Below are positions 13,765 to 26,449 of a DNA stretch of 64,000 nt, piece by piece; the first letter of the stretch is position 1, and each line of letters begins with the position of its first letter. Source of the stretch: Isurus oxyrinchus (lineage: Eukaryota); NCBI GenBank assembly GCA_026770705.1, contig JANJGN010000210.1, positions 620,001 to 684,000 on the forward strand, in the 5' to 3' direction. The notes under the pieces were generated by a model. That model did no database searches, was not told where the DNA came from, and saw only the letters and a list, made by a program, of their open reading frames with translations. Position numbers and translations under genes: made by a program.

Positions 13765-14089
13765 AATCCGATAATATTCTCGTTAATATAAATTGGGCAA
13801 CTCTGTCAGATCCTGATGTGATGTTTGGTTTCAGTTTCCCGGCTGCAAATCCTCCCCTTCTAATACTCTGTGAAATTTAAAACAGAAAAAAAAGAGTGAC
13901 AGAGAACCCACAAAAACACAAAGACAGACTGTGAAATTGTGTTGAATGAATTTATGGGACTTGCAATCGGAAAAAAGACCATTAAAGCTGAAGGGCTGTC
14001 ATAAAAACCCAACTGGTTCATTAATGTCCTTCAGGGAAGGGAAACTGTCAACCAGTCTGGACCTAAAGGGAACTTTGGACACTATAGGA

Positions 14090-14250
14090 GGAAAAAGAGA
14101 GACAGCAAGAGCGTGAGAGAAAGTGCGAGCGAGAGAGAGCGCGAGCGAGTGCAAGAGCACGAGCACGAGAGAGAGAAATAGAGATATAGAAAGAGAGATA
14201 GAGAGAGGGAGAGGGAGAAAGAGAAAGAGAGAGAGAGAGAGAGAGAGGGG
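14090..14250. repeat. GA-rich microsatellite
   Basis: (GA)n-like tract seen directly. Confidence 0.85.
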
Positions 14251-14500
14251 CAGTGGATGAGAGTCCTTTTATAAATCTAGTTTGGCCAAGAGGTGACAGA
14301 ACCTCCCAAACCGTCAAGCTCAACAACCTGGAAGGACCAGGTGTATGTTAACACCATTGCCTGCAAGTTCTCCTTCAACTCAGACACCATCCTGACTTGT
14401 CTAACATCCAGTCCTGGGTGAACAGAAATTTCCTTCAACTAAATACTGGGAACATGATTGCCATTGTCTTCAGTCCCTGCTGCAAATTCCACTCCATAAC

Positions 14501-16320
14501 GTCAGGATGGTCTGAGGGCCCTTAGCTTCTTCCTCGAACAGAGGCCCGAACAATCCCCATCCACCACTACTCTCCTCCGTCTGGCTGAACTTGTTCTCAC
14601 GTTGAACAATTTCTCCTTCAACTCCTCTCACTTTCTCCAAATAAAAGGTGTGGCTATGGGTACCCGCATGGGCCCCAGCTATGCCTGTCTCTTTATGGGA
14701 TATGTGGAACATTCCTTGTTGCAGTCCTACCCCGGCCCCCTTCCACAACATTTTCTCCGGTACATCGATGATTACTTTGGTGCCGCTTCATGCTCTCGTC
14801 GGGACTTGGAAAAATTTATTAATTTTGCTTCCAATCTCCACCCCTCCATCATTTTCACGTGGTCCATCTCTGACACTTCCCTTCCCTTCCTTGACCTCTC
14901 TGTCTCAATCTCTGGTGATAGACTGTCCACTAATATCCATTACAAACCCACCGACTCCCACAGCTACCTCGACTACAGCTCCTCACACCCCGCTTCCTGT
15001 AAGGACTCCATCCCATTCTCCCAGTTCCTTCGCCTTCGTCGCATCTGTTCCGATGATGCTACCTTCAAAAACGGTTCCTCTGACATGTCCTCCTTCTTCC
15101 TTAACCGAGGTTTTCCACCCACGATCGTTGACAGGGCCCTCAACCGTGTCCGGCCCATCTCCCGCGCATCCGCCCTCACGCCTTCTCCTCCCTCCCAGAA
15201 ACATGATAGGGTCCCCCTTGTCCTCACTTATCACCCCACCAGCCTCCGCATTCAAAGGATCATCCTCCGCCATTTCCGCCAACTCCAGCATGATGCCACC
15301 ACCAAACACATCTTCCCTTCACCCCCCTTATCGGCATTCCGTAGGGATCGCTCCCTCCGGGACACCCTGGTCCACTCCTCCATCACCCCCTACTCCTCAA
15401 CCCCCTCCTATGGCACCACCCCATGCCCACGCAAAAGATGTAACACCTGCCCCTTCACTTCCTCTCTCCTCACCGTCCAAGGGCCCAAACACTCCTTTCA
15501 AGTGAAGCAGCATTTCACTTGCATTTCCCCCAACTTAGTCTACTGCATTCGTTGCTCCCAATGTGGTCTCCTCTACATTGGAGAGACCAAACGTAAACTG
15601 GGCGACCGCTTTGCAGAACACCTGCGGTCTGTCCGCAAGAATGACCCAAACCTCCCTGTCGCTTGCCATTTTAACACTCCACCCTGCTCTCTTGCCCACA
15701 TGTCTGTCCTTGGCTTACTGCATTGTTCCAGTGAAGCCCAACGCAAACTGGAGGAACAACACCTCATCTTCCGACTAGGCACCTTACAGCCTTCCGGTCT
15801 GAATATTGAATTCAATAACTTTAGGTCGTGAGCTCCCTCCCCCATCCCCACCCCCTTTCTGTTCCCCCCTTTTTTTCCCCCCTTTTTTTTTCCCTATAAA
15901 TTTTACAGATTTTTCTTTTCCCACTTATTTTTAAATATTTTAAAATCTTTTATGCTCCCCCCACCCCCACTAGAGCTGTACCTTGAGTGCCCTACCATCC
16001 ATTCTTAATTAGCACATTCGTTTAGATAATATCACCAACTTTAACTTTAACACCTATGTGTTCTTTTGTCCCATTGTCACTGACATCTTTTGATGATCTG
16101 CTTCTATCACTGCTTGTTTGTCTACACAAGCACCTCTGTCTCTCTCTCTCTCTCCGCCCCCCCACACACACACCTTAAACCAGCTTATATTTCAACTCTT
16201 TCCTGGACTCGAAATGAAGTTCTGTCGAAGGGTCATGAAGACTCGAAACGTCAACTCTTTTCTTCTCCGCCGATGCTGCCAGACCTGCTGAGTTTTTCCA
16301 GGTAATTCTGTTTTTGTTTT
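14501..16320 (+). mobile_element. Young 5'-truncated Penelope-like element (RT C-terminus plus GIY-YIG endonuclease) inserted in an L2 fragment
   Basis: 409-aa open ORF with GVAMGTRMGPSYA, RYIDD and VYCIRC..LLYIGETKRKLGDRFAEH; flanked by direct repeat TTCCACTCCATAAC at 14487-14500 and 16319-16332. Confidence 0.92.
16216..16257 (+). ncRNA. Minimal type I hammerhead-ribozyme-like motif in the Penelope pLTR
   Basis: AAGTT-CTGTCGA-[GGGTC..GACTC stem]-GAAAC-GTC-AACT layout; core deviates from CUGANGA at one base; Penelope elements are known to carry minimal hammerheads. Confidence 0.55.
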
Positions 16321-17850
16321 CCACTCCATAACCACTGACTCCATCCCGCTCCCCAGAAACTGTCTGAAGCTGAACCAGACTGTTCACAAGATCGCTGTCA
16401 TCTTTTACCCCAAACTGAGCTTCTGACCACCTTTATCATCAAGACCGCCTATTTTCACCTCAGTAACATTGCTCGGCTCGTTCCTAGTCTCAGCTCATCT
16501 GTTTCTGAAACTCTCCTCCATTCCTTTGTTACCTCTAGACTTACCCATCCATATCTCTGTAATCTCCTTCAGTCACACAACCCTTTGAGATATCTGCGCT
16601 CATCTAATTGCAGCATCATGAGCATTCCACATTTTAATCACACCTGCAATGGTGGCCGTTGCTTCAGTTGCCCAGGCCCAAGCTCTGGAATTTCCTCCTT
16701 AAATCTCTCCACTTTACCTCATTGACTAAGCTTTTGGTCGCCTGCTCTCTCATCACCTTATGTGACTCGGTGTCTAATGTTGCTTTGTAACATTTCAGTG
16801 AATGTCTTGGAAAGTTTTATTATGTTAAAGACACAATATAAATGCAAATCATTGTCATTGATTTGGACATATATCTCCATTCCATCATCACCACTGAGTG
16901 AATAACCTGTAACTCCTTACCGAAAAGCATTGTGGGAGCACCTTCACCATACAGACTGCAGCGGTTCAAGAAGGTCAAACATCATCTTCTCCACAGGTAA
17001 CTGGGGATTGCCAATATCTGTTGCTGGTCTTGTTAGTGTCACCCAAATTCCACAAACTTTTAAAATATGTATATGTAAAATAGATTGAAGCATCTAAAGA
17101 AATGCTTGTTTAAATGTCCGGTTAGCAACCAGATCTCCCCTGGAAATTTTCCTCCCTTGACAGTTTCACAACTAAAATCATTGGTCCCAACTCGCTTCCA
17201 AAGTCCTTGAGGTTAAACCCAGCAGCTTCTCCTCCATCTCCACTCCAGCTCAAACTGATGCAACAAAACAAAGGGAATTGGATAATATCCTGGAGAGAAT
17301 AAAAAACTACTGGGCTATGAGGAAAGGGCATGGGAGTGAGACTAACTGATCTGCTCTTGCAGAGAGCCAGCACGGGTATGATGGGCTAAATGGCCTCCGT
17401 CAGTATTGTAACCATTCAATGATTCTGTGAAAAAGGACCTATTCCGGGGATCAACCTTTGCACCAACACCCAGCCCATTACCAATCAGTTCTTAATTGGT
17501 CTATCTGTATTTCTAGACTCAGTTCTGAGGGAAATACTTGGAATAAAACAAAAACAAGATACTGCAGCTGCTGGAAAACTAAAATAAAAAGACCAAATGC
17601 TGAAAGTACTCAGCAGGTCAGACAGTAACTGTAGAAAGAACAGTAAAATACCAAACATGGTTAAATTACAACCATTATTACAGGCAAAGGAAGTTAGACC
17701 ATGGCAGAAAGGTGATCAGGGAGGGCAGAGGTGAAACAGAGCAATAGATGGACATGGATTCAGATCCACAGTAAAGGGGCCACACCAGCTCCAGAGCCAT
17801 GGAGCCAGAGCACAGCACTAAAAGGTAGATGAATGTTCAATAGTACTCAC

Positions 17851-17895
17851 CCCCGAAACAATTTCACTGTTTTCAAATTTAAAATCTGCTGGAGC
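17851..17895 (-). other. Candidate 45-nt upstream micro-exon of the ZNF transcript
   Basis: Flanked by ctgcag acceptor and gtgagt donor; paralogous copy at about 85-365 interrupted by a SINE. Confidence 0.45.
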
Positions 17896-18599
17896 CTGCA
17901 GTTGAAAAGATATTAGAAGCACTGAGTCAGGGAAAAATATCACAGTTTTCAAATCTTTAGCTCCCTGTGAAAGGAGATTACAAGAGTTATAAGTATCAGT
18001 AGTAGTTAGAAATTCAGAATATATAAACTATTCTCTTGAACTGAGCTTGCTGTGTGTAAATCCTCCCCTTCTAACCCCTTGTAAAAAGTTTCCAAAATCC
18101 ATCAATACAGGATAGAAATTCACAACATTCCCTCCTTTTTCCAGTCCCAGGAATACTCAAGGCTTATTATTTGCACGGAAGGCAATTCAGTAAAGGTTCA
18201 CTAGTCTGATTCTTGGGATGAGGGAGTTTGTCGTTTGAAGCAAGGTTGTACTCATTGGAGTTTATAAGAATGGGAGAGGATTTTATTGAAACATATAAGA
18301 TTCTGAGGGCTCTAGACAGATAGATGCTGAAAGGTGTTTCCCCTCATAGGGAGAATCTAGAACTAAGGGGCAGTGTTTTAAACTAAGAAGGCTCCCATTT
18401 AACATTGAGATGAGGAGAAATTTCTTCCCTCAGAAGGTCATTCGTCTGTGGAATTCTCTTCCGCAATGGAGGCTCAGTCTACAAGGGACTCAAGGATTAT
18501 GGGGGCAGGAGGAACAATCAGATCAGCCATGAGTCTATTTCATCAGCGGCGCAGGCTCGATGGGCCGAATGGCCTATTCCAGGTCCTAATTCTGATAGC

Positions 18600-19100
18600 T
18601 TCCGTTCTTCGAATAGCCGCGCATGCGTCCTAAAGCACCTTGCTCCTGGAAAGATGGCAGCCTTTAACCCAGACCTGTCAATCTGCTGCTCACCGGGAAC
18701 CTGGAGCCCCGCCCACACCCTATTGCGTCACCAAGATTGCCGCGCACGCGCTCTGCTCAGCGCTGAACAAAGATGATGGTCATTAATCTGGGCCTATTCC
18801 AGAGAAAAAGTCCCGGAAGTACAAACGCTGGACCTGCAGGGTCTAACTCGGAGCTTGTGGCCTACAGCGGCTGTTTATAAAATCTGCCCTCTCTCCACCC
18901 ACCCCACCCAGGACTGCCGGCTCCGTTCCTCACACCAGCTCTCACCCGCAGAAAAAAGCATCCATTGCACTCACAGGGCTCTGATCAGTGACACTGCGCA
19001 TGCCCGAGACGGTTTCCAGCATTGCACCTGCGCACTGGGCTCCTGTACCGTTAATAGGGCACATTCGCAGCCGCCGTGCATGGTGGGTAACGGTAGCGCC
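18600..19100. promoter_or_regulatory. CpG promoter module, probably for the intact ZNF at 12.8-13.8 kb
   Basis: GCGCATGCG, AAGATGGC, CCGGAAGT (ETS) and TGCGCATGC motifs. Confidence 0.55.
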
Positions 19101-20269
19101 ATTGATTCTCCAAACGGAATGGAAAATAATTTTGTTAAAAATTGGGGTACGTTAACTTAAGAAATCACATACATGCTTGTGAACGGGTGCATGCTATGTT
19201 CTATTTCTCAAAGTGTTTCAAACCGTTGCTCTGGAACTACACAGAACTTATAAAGCTTTTCTTAATGATTCCTTTCTCATTTATCTCCAGATACTGAATA
19301 TTCACTGCTTTATAGAATGATACAGCACAGATGGAAACCATTTGGCCCATCATGCCTGTGCTGACTCTTTGCAAGATTTTAAAATTGATTTCACAGCCCT
19401 GCTGGTCAAGTCAGAACAGTCTGCTGTCGTAATGCAAGAGATGAATGGAGAAGATATTCCAGCTGGACAGATCTTAGACATACTCACCCTTGTGCAAAGA
19501 TGGATTGCCCAGTGTACTAAGCAGATATGAAGAGTCCACTGGTTAATTAAGCATAGAGTTACCTGGTAGAGTTTAATTCAATAATTCTACATACCCCACA
19601 TACCACAGTGACATTTTTAATACAGGGTCAATTAAGGGAGTATCGCTGATGTAATAGAGTAGATGAATTAATATCCTGCAACCTCACAATTAAGAATTGG
19701 CTGGAATGTTGCAGTATGAAAGAATCTCACATACATGTCAGGTGAAATAGGCCATGTAGAATGAACCAGTAAAAGCCACATCATTGTTCGACTCCACTGT
19801 TCATCTGGATGGATCTTTGTTTTATAAACAAAGTCTGTCCCAGACTTGTTCTGTGTCTTTGATTCCTCATGACAGCTGTAATATCCTTATTAAATAACCA
19901 CCACAATATTCAGCCTAGAAAGCATCATCACAGCCCTTCGAACCGTTACTGAGAGAAGCACCACTATTCTGAAAGCTCTTCTAGTTGTAATTCCTTCATG
20001 CAGAATCTTTCATCCTGGCAAAAAACATATGGCTTCTCGACAACAGAAAGGAAACCACTCAGTCACCACTACAAACTCTGAATGATTTGGGATGTTGCTG
20101 GTAAGTGTCCAGGACAAATTGCTGTTTGTAAGGTGAAGGTACGTCAGCAGCAGGAGTTAGTGAAGAGGGTGATGGTAATAACCAGGCAGACTGGCTCATC
20201 AAGAAAGCAGCCCCAGAGGGGATTCCCAAATCACAATCATTAGCACCTGCACCGCAGTCCACAGACTCC

Positions 20270-23200
20270 AGGGGGATGGAAACCTGAGTGGGAAACATAG
20301 AAGAGGGAAACAAAGATAGACTTGAAAGACAGGAAAGTAAAAAGCAAAAGTGGAAGGCAGAGTAAACGAGAGCTAGCAGCAAATAGGGCAATAGTACAAA
20401 AGAAAATGCAAATAAAGACAAGTCTAAAAGCACTGTCCCTGAATGCATGGAGCATTCGCAATAAGGTAGATGAATTAATAGTGCAAATAGATGTAAACAG
20501 CTATGATATGATTGTGATTACAAAGGCATGGCTGCAGGGTGACAAAGGCTGGGAACCGAATATCCAAGAGTGTTCAATGTTTAGGAAGGGCAGGCACAAA
20601 GGAAAAGAAAGTGGAGTGGTATTGTTAGTTAAGGATGAAATCAGTGCAATAGTGAGATAGGATATCGGCTGAGAAAATCTAGATGTAGAATCAGTTTGGG
20701 TGGAGCTAAGAAGCAACAAGGGGTGGAAAACATTAGTGGCGGTTGTGTACTGGCCTCCAAACAGTAGTGGTCAGGCAGGTGACAGTATTAAAAAGAAAAT
20801 TAGAGATGCAAACAACAAAGGTGCTACAATAATCATGGGTGATTTTAATCTAATATAGACTGGGCAAACCAAATTAGCAATAACATTGTGGCGGATTAAT
20901 TCATGGAGTCTGCATGAGATTTTTTTTTAGACCAGTATGTCGAAGAACCAACTAGGGAACAGGCTATCTTGGATTTGGTTTTGTGCAATGAGAAAGGGTT
21001 AACTAATAATCTTGTGGTGCGGGGTCCTTTAGGAAACAGTGACCATAACTTGAGAGAATTCTTCCTTAGGTTGGAAAATAAAGTAGTCCAATTCGAAACT
21101 CGGGTCCTAAATCTAAACAAAGAGAACTCAAAGGTATAAGGCATTAGTTAGCTAAGATAAATTGGGGAATTTCATTAAATGGAATGATGGTGCATGGGCA
21201 ATGGCTAATATATAAGAAATGAATTTACGCATTGCGACAGTTATATATTCCTTTCTGGTGCAAAAACACAACAGGAAAAGTAGCCCAACCATGGCTAACA
21301 AAACAAATGAAGTGTAATATTAGATCCAAAGAGGAGTCATATAAAGTTGCTTGAAAAAATAGCAAGCCTGAGGATTGGGAGCAGTTTGGAGTTCAGCAAA
21401 GGAGGACCAAGAGATTGATTAAGAGGGGAAAATAGAGTACAAACATAAACTTGTAAGGAACATAAACGAGGGCTGTAAAAGCTTCTACAAGCATGTAAGA
21501 AGAAAAAGATTAGTGAAGACAAATGTAGGTCACTTACAGTCCAAAATAGGAGAATTTATAATAGAGAACAAGAAAATGGCAGTGCAATTAAACAACTACA
21601 TTAGTTCTGTCTTCATGGAGGAAGACACAAATAACTTCCAAGAAATACTAGGTCTAATGAGAAGGAGGAATTGAAGGAAATTAGTTTTACTTAAAAAAAA
21701 ACAGTGCTGGAGAAATTAATGGGACTGAAAGCTGATAAATTCCCAGGGCCTGATAATCTATATCCCAGGGTACTAAAGGAGGTGACCATGGAAATAGTGG
21801 ATGCGTTGGTTGTCATCTTCCAAAATTCTGTAGATTCTGGAATAGTCCTGGCAGATTGGAAGGTGGCAAATGATTTAAAAAAAAGGAAGGAGGGAAGAAA
21901 TGAAATTACAGACCGGTTAGCCTAACATCTGTGTAGGGAAAATGCTAGAATCTATTATAAAGGCTGTGACAACAGGATATTTAGAAAATATCAACAGGAT
22001 TACACAAAGTCAGCATGGATTTATGAAAGGGTACTCATGTCTGACAAACCTCCTGGAGTATTTTCAGGACATGACTAGCAGAATAGATAAGGGAGAACCA
22101 GTGGATGTGATGTATTTGGATTTTCAGAAAGGTTAAAGTCCCACCTAAGAGGTTAGTGTGCAAAATTAAAGCACATGGGACTGGGGGTAATATATTGGTA
22201 TGGATTGAGAACTGGTTAGCGGCAGGAAACAGAGTAGGAATAAATGGGTCTTTTTTGGAATAGCAGGTGGTGACTAGTGGGGTACCGCAGGGATCAGTGA
22301 TTGGGCTCTAGCTATTCACTGTATATATCAATGATTTGCAGGAGGGAAACAAATGTAATATTTCCAAGTTTGCTGACCACACAAAACTAGGTGGAAATGA
22401 GTGATGAGGAGGATGTCAAGAGGCTTCAAGGTGATTTAGACAAGTCAACTGAGTGGGCAAATACATTGCAGATGCAGTATAACATGGATAAGTGTGAAGT
22501 TATTCAATTTGGTAGGAAAAGCAGAATGGCAGAGTATTATTTAAATGGTGATACATTGGGAAATGTTGATGTACAAAGGGATCTTGGTGTCCTTGTACAC
22601 CAATCACTGAAAGCAAGCATGCAGGTGCAGCGAGTTGTTAAGGCAAATTGTATGCTGGCCTTCATTGCAAGAGGACTTGAGACAGGAACAAGGATATCTT
22701 ACTGCAGCTATACAGGGCCTTGGTAAGATCACACCTGGAGTATTGTGTGAAGTTTTGTCTCCTTACCTAACAAAGGATATACTTGCCAGAGAGAGGGTGC
22801 TGCAAAGGTTGACCAGACTGATTCCTGGGAGGGCAGAATTGTCGTATGAGGACAGGTTGGGCCAACAAAGCCTGTATTTACTGGAGTTCAGAAGAATGAG
22901 AGGGGATCTCATTGAATCATATAAAATTCTGACAGGGCTGGACAGACTGGATAAAGGGATGACGTTTCCTCTGCCTGGTGGAGGGGGGCGGGGGCTGGAA
23001 CAAGGGGTCACAATCTCCGGATATGGAGTAGGCCATTTAGAATTGAGATGAGGAGAAACATTTTCACTCAAAGGGTGGTCAACCTGTGGAATTCTCTATC
23101 ACAAGGGGCTGTGTTGGCAAAGTCACTGAATATATTTAAGAAGGAAACAGACAGACTTCTAGGCTCTAAAGACTTCAAGGGGCATGGGGAGAGAGCGGGG

Positions 23201-23297
23201 GTATGGCTTTGAGATAGAGGATCAGCCATGATCATACTGAATGGTGGAGCAGGCTCGAAGAGCTTCATGCCCTACTCTTTCTATTTCCTATGTTTCT
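20270..23297 (+). mobile_element. Near full-length CR1 ORF2 (APE endonuclease plus RT), decayed
   Basis: LNAWSIRNK, IMGDFN, QHGFMKG, DVMYLDFQK, FADHTKL, RRMRGDLIE; ends in a TTTCTAT-type tail; many stops and frameshifts. Confidence 0.92.
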
Positions 23298-23439
23298 CAG
23301 CTGACAGCTCACAATGCCTGGCTGATTGATGGCAGATAAAAGCAAAAAACTGCGGATGCTGGAAATCCAAAAGAAAAACAAAAATAAAAATACCTGGAAA
23401 AACAAATACCTGCTGAGTTTTTCCAGGTATTTTCATGAT

Positions 23440-23720
23440 TGACGGCAGATCCGGACCAATAGAAAAGGAGAGGGCGGGGCTGTAGGGGCGTCGAGGCGGC
23501 TGGTCCTCCAGCCAATCGGAGTGAACGCGGGGCAGAGCTGGGCTGAGTGTCGCATGCACAGTGTGATTAATGGCGATGGGGAAAAGCTTCTTTCTCGGAT
23601 TCGCCTTCGGTAAAGGCACAGAGCAGGGTCGCCACTTTCTCCCAGTTCCAGACCCGGATTAATGGCCGCCATTTTTATTGGGGGCCATTTGCAGCAGGGC
23701 GCATGCATGGCATCCATCTT
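23440..23720 (+). promoter_or_regulatory. Promoter module with two CCAAT boxes, a GC box and YY1/NRF1-like motifs
   Basis: 23440-23540 is homologous to 36750-36860; GCCGCCATTTT and GCGCATGCA present. Confidence 0.5.
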
Positions 23721-25099
23721 TGTAGGGGGCAATGTTATTTAAAATTTTACAATTACAAAATGTGAACAATTGTCCATCAAGTTGCTTCACACTTTGAGTT
23801 ACAATGTCTTATTGATGAGGCAGAACAACGATATATGTCCAAGTCAGTGACAATCATTTGTATTTATATTGTGCCTTAAACAGTATAAAACATTCCAATG
23901 CATTTCACAGAAATGTTACAAAGTAACATTTGCCACAGCCACATAAGGAGATATTAGGGCAGGTGACCAAAAGCTTTGTCAAAGAGGTAGGCTTAAAGAA
24001 TATCTTAAAGGAGGAAAATGACGTGGAGAGGCAGAGAAGTTTAAGAAGGAAATTCCAGAGCTTTTGGCCTAGGCAATTGAAGGAACAGTCACTGATGGCG
24101 ATTAAAATCAGGAATTCTCAAGAGGCTGGAATTAAATGAGTGCAGAGATCTTGGAGACTGTGTGCTGGTCGTGGAGATTGTGGAGATAGGAATGATCACA
24201 ACCATGGAAGAAAACAAGAATGAGAATTTTATCCTTTTGTCTATGACATCTTTGGCAATCTCTTCTTTGCCTCCACCTATCACTGGCCCTCTATCCAGCT
24301 CTACCTGCCCCACCCCCCTCAAGCAGGTTATATTTCACCTCATTTCTATTTCTCCTTTGTTCTGATGAAGAGTCATACGAACTCAAAACATTAACTGTAT
24401 TCCTCTCCGCAGAGGCTGTCAGACCTGCTGAGTTTTTCCAGCTATTTTTGTTTTTGTTTGAGAATTTTAAAAGTTGGTGCTTCTTAACTGGGAGCATTTG
24501 TAGGTCAGCGAGCACAGTGGCAGTGGGTGAACAAGGTAGTGCAAGTAAACACAAGCAACAGAGCTTTGAATGACCTCAAGATTACGGGGGTGGAGGGGGC
24601 TGGTTTAATGTTGAATGTTGAAGGCCGACTGGGCGTGTGTTAGAATAGTTTAGCCTTGCATTAACAAAGGAATCGATAATGGTTTCTGCAGGAGATAAAC
24701 TGAAACTAAGCTGGAGTCAGACCATATTACTGAGGTATCTTGGTGGTGATGTGGATATGTGGTTGGAAGCTCATCTGGGAATCATCTATGACACCGTGGT
24801 TGTGAACAATCTCGTTCAGCTTCAGAGGAAATTTCTGCGCATCCCGTACTTGATGTCAGACAAGTCAGGACGGTGCGTGACTTGGGTGGGAACTTGGAGG
24901 TGCTGGTGTTCACATACCCTGGTCTGTCCAGGTGGTGGAATCTGAGGGTTTGGGTGATTCTGTCAACGTCGAATTATAGATATAAAATTTTTCTCCTTCA
25001 CCACCTGCCTCTCCCACCTCTCTCTCACACACACCCTCTCTCCACCCATAGAACCAGAGTTTTGTTTAGGCCCAGACCAGATTCCCACCCTGAAGGACT

Positions 25100-25335
25100 T
25101 TAGTGAACCAGTTGGGTTTTTACGACAATCCAGCAGTTTTCATGGTCACTTTTTCCTGGTGCTGGCCCCACAAATTACCAGATTTATTCAGCTCAATTTC
25201 ACAACCTACCTTTGTGTCTTCTGGGTTCTGTCTCACTCTCTTTTTCTCTTTTATATCAATTTCACAGGATATTGGAAGGAAAGGAGTTGCAGTCAGGAAG
25301 CGGAAACCAAACATCACATTGAGATCTGAACCCAC
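25100..25335 (+). pseudogene. Truncated ZNF-gene remnant (intron end, acceptor and pre-finger segment), cut by a SINE
   Basis: Inverted homolog of 31171-31425; acceptor ttcacag ending at 25267, followed by ILEGKELQSGSGNQTSH. Confidence 0.6.
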
Positions 25336-25639
25336 GACTGTTACCATCTAGAAGGACAAGGCAAGCAGATAGATGGGAACATCGTCTCCTGGAAGTTCCC
25401 CTCCAAGCCACTTACCATCCTGACTTGGAAATATATTACCGTTCCTTCACTGTCGCTGGGTTGAAATCCTGGAACTCCCTCCCAAACAGCACTGTGGGTG
25501 TACCTACACCAGAGGGCTGCTTTAAAAAGGCAGTTCACCCTCTCCTTCTCAAGGGAAATTAGAGATGAGCAATAAATGCTGGCCTCGACTGCAATGCCCA
25601 CATCCAATGATTGAATTAGAAAAAAACAAGTGTGAGGAG

Positions 25640-26340
25640 CTGATGGGGTTTCTTTATAACTATGATTAAGACAATCCTATCAACTGCCTCTGCTGCTTTC
25701 CTCCCTTCCACTAACACACCGGGCTCAACTGCCTCTCAAGCTGCTCCTTCTCCTAGCCCTGAACTCACATATTTCTTATGTTTATCTGCCATCTCTCCTC
25801 ATGCCCTCTCAGAGCTCATCTTGTCCATGAGAACCACCTCCTGCTCCATTGACCCTATTCTCACTAATCTGCTGATCCTCCAACTTCCCCATTTTCACTG
25901 ACATTTTTAATGGTTCTCTCTCTCCAGATCCTGTTCCTCTGTCCTTCAAATTTGCCATCATCACCCCCTCTTCAATAAGACCAATCCTTGACCACAACAT
26001 ATTTACAAACTCCCACCCCATCTCCAACCTCCCTTTTGCATCCAATGTCCTTGTCACTTCCCAAATCCATGCCTATCTTTCCAGGAATTCCATTGTTGAA
26101 TTCCCCCAATATGATTGCTGCCCTGTCACAGTGTTGAATGAGCTCTTAGGATCACAACTTATATTCCATGTCACCAAGACGAACTCTCCCTCCTTGTTCT
26201 TCTCGGCCTCTCTGCAGTCATTGACACCATGAACCAAACCATCCTCCCCCAATGCCCCTCCACTGGTGCCCAGCAAGATGGGACATCATGCTCCTGATTC
26301 CTTTCTTATCAAATTGTAGCCAGAGGATCACCTGCAGTAG
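25640..26340 (+). mobile_element. Decayed L2-type LINE RT fragment
   Basis: LILSMRTTSCSIDPILTNLL and downstream LSAVIDT-like L2 RT motifs. Confidence 0.6.
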
Positions 26341-26449
26341 CTGTGATTATTTGAATAACACTGTTATAGGCTCACTCACTCAATAGGTGATCAGGTATCA
26401 CAACACTTTGATATAAAAATGTTCCATTATCACCCTCACTGGTCTGCAC

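Noticed and set aside
14648-15505. 285-aa Pro/Ser-rich ORF
   Set aside because: Alternate frame of the C-rich Penelope ORF, no independent evidence
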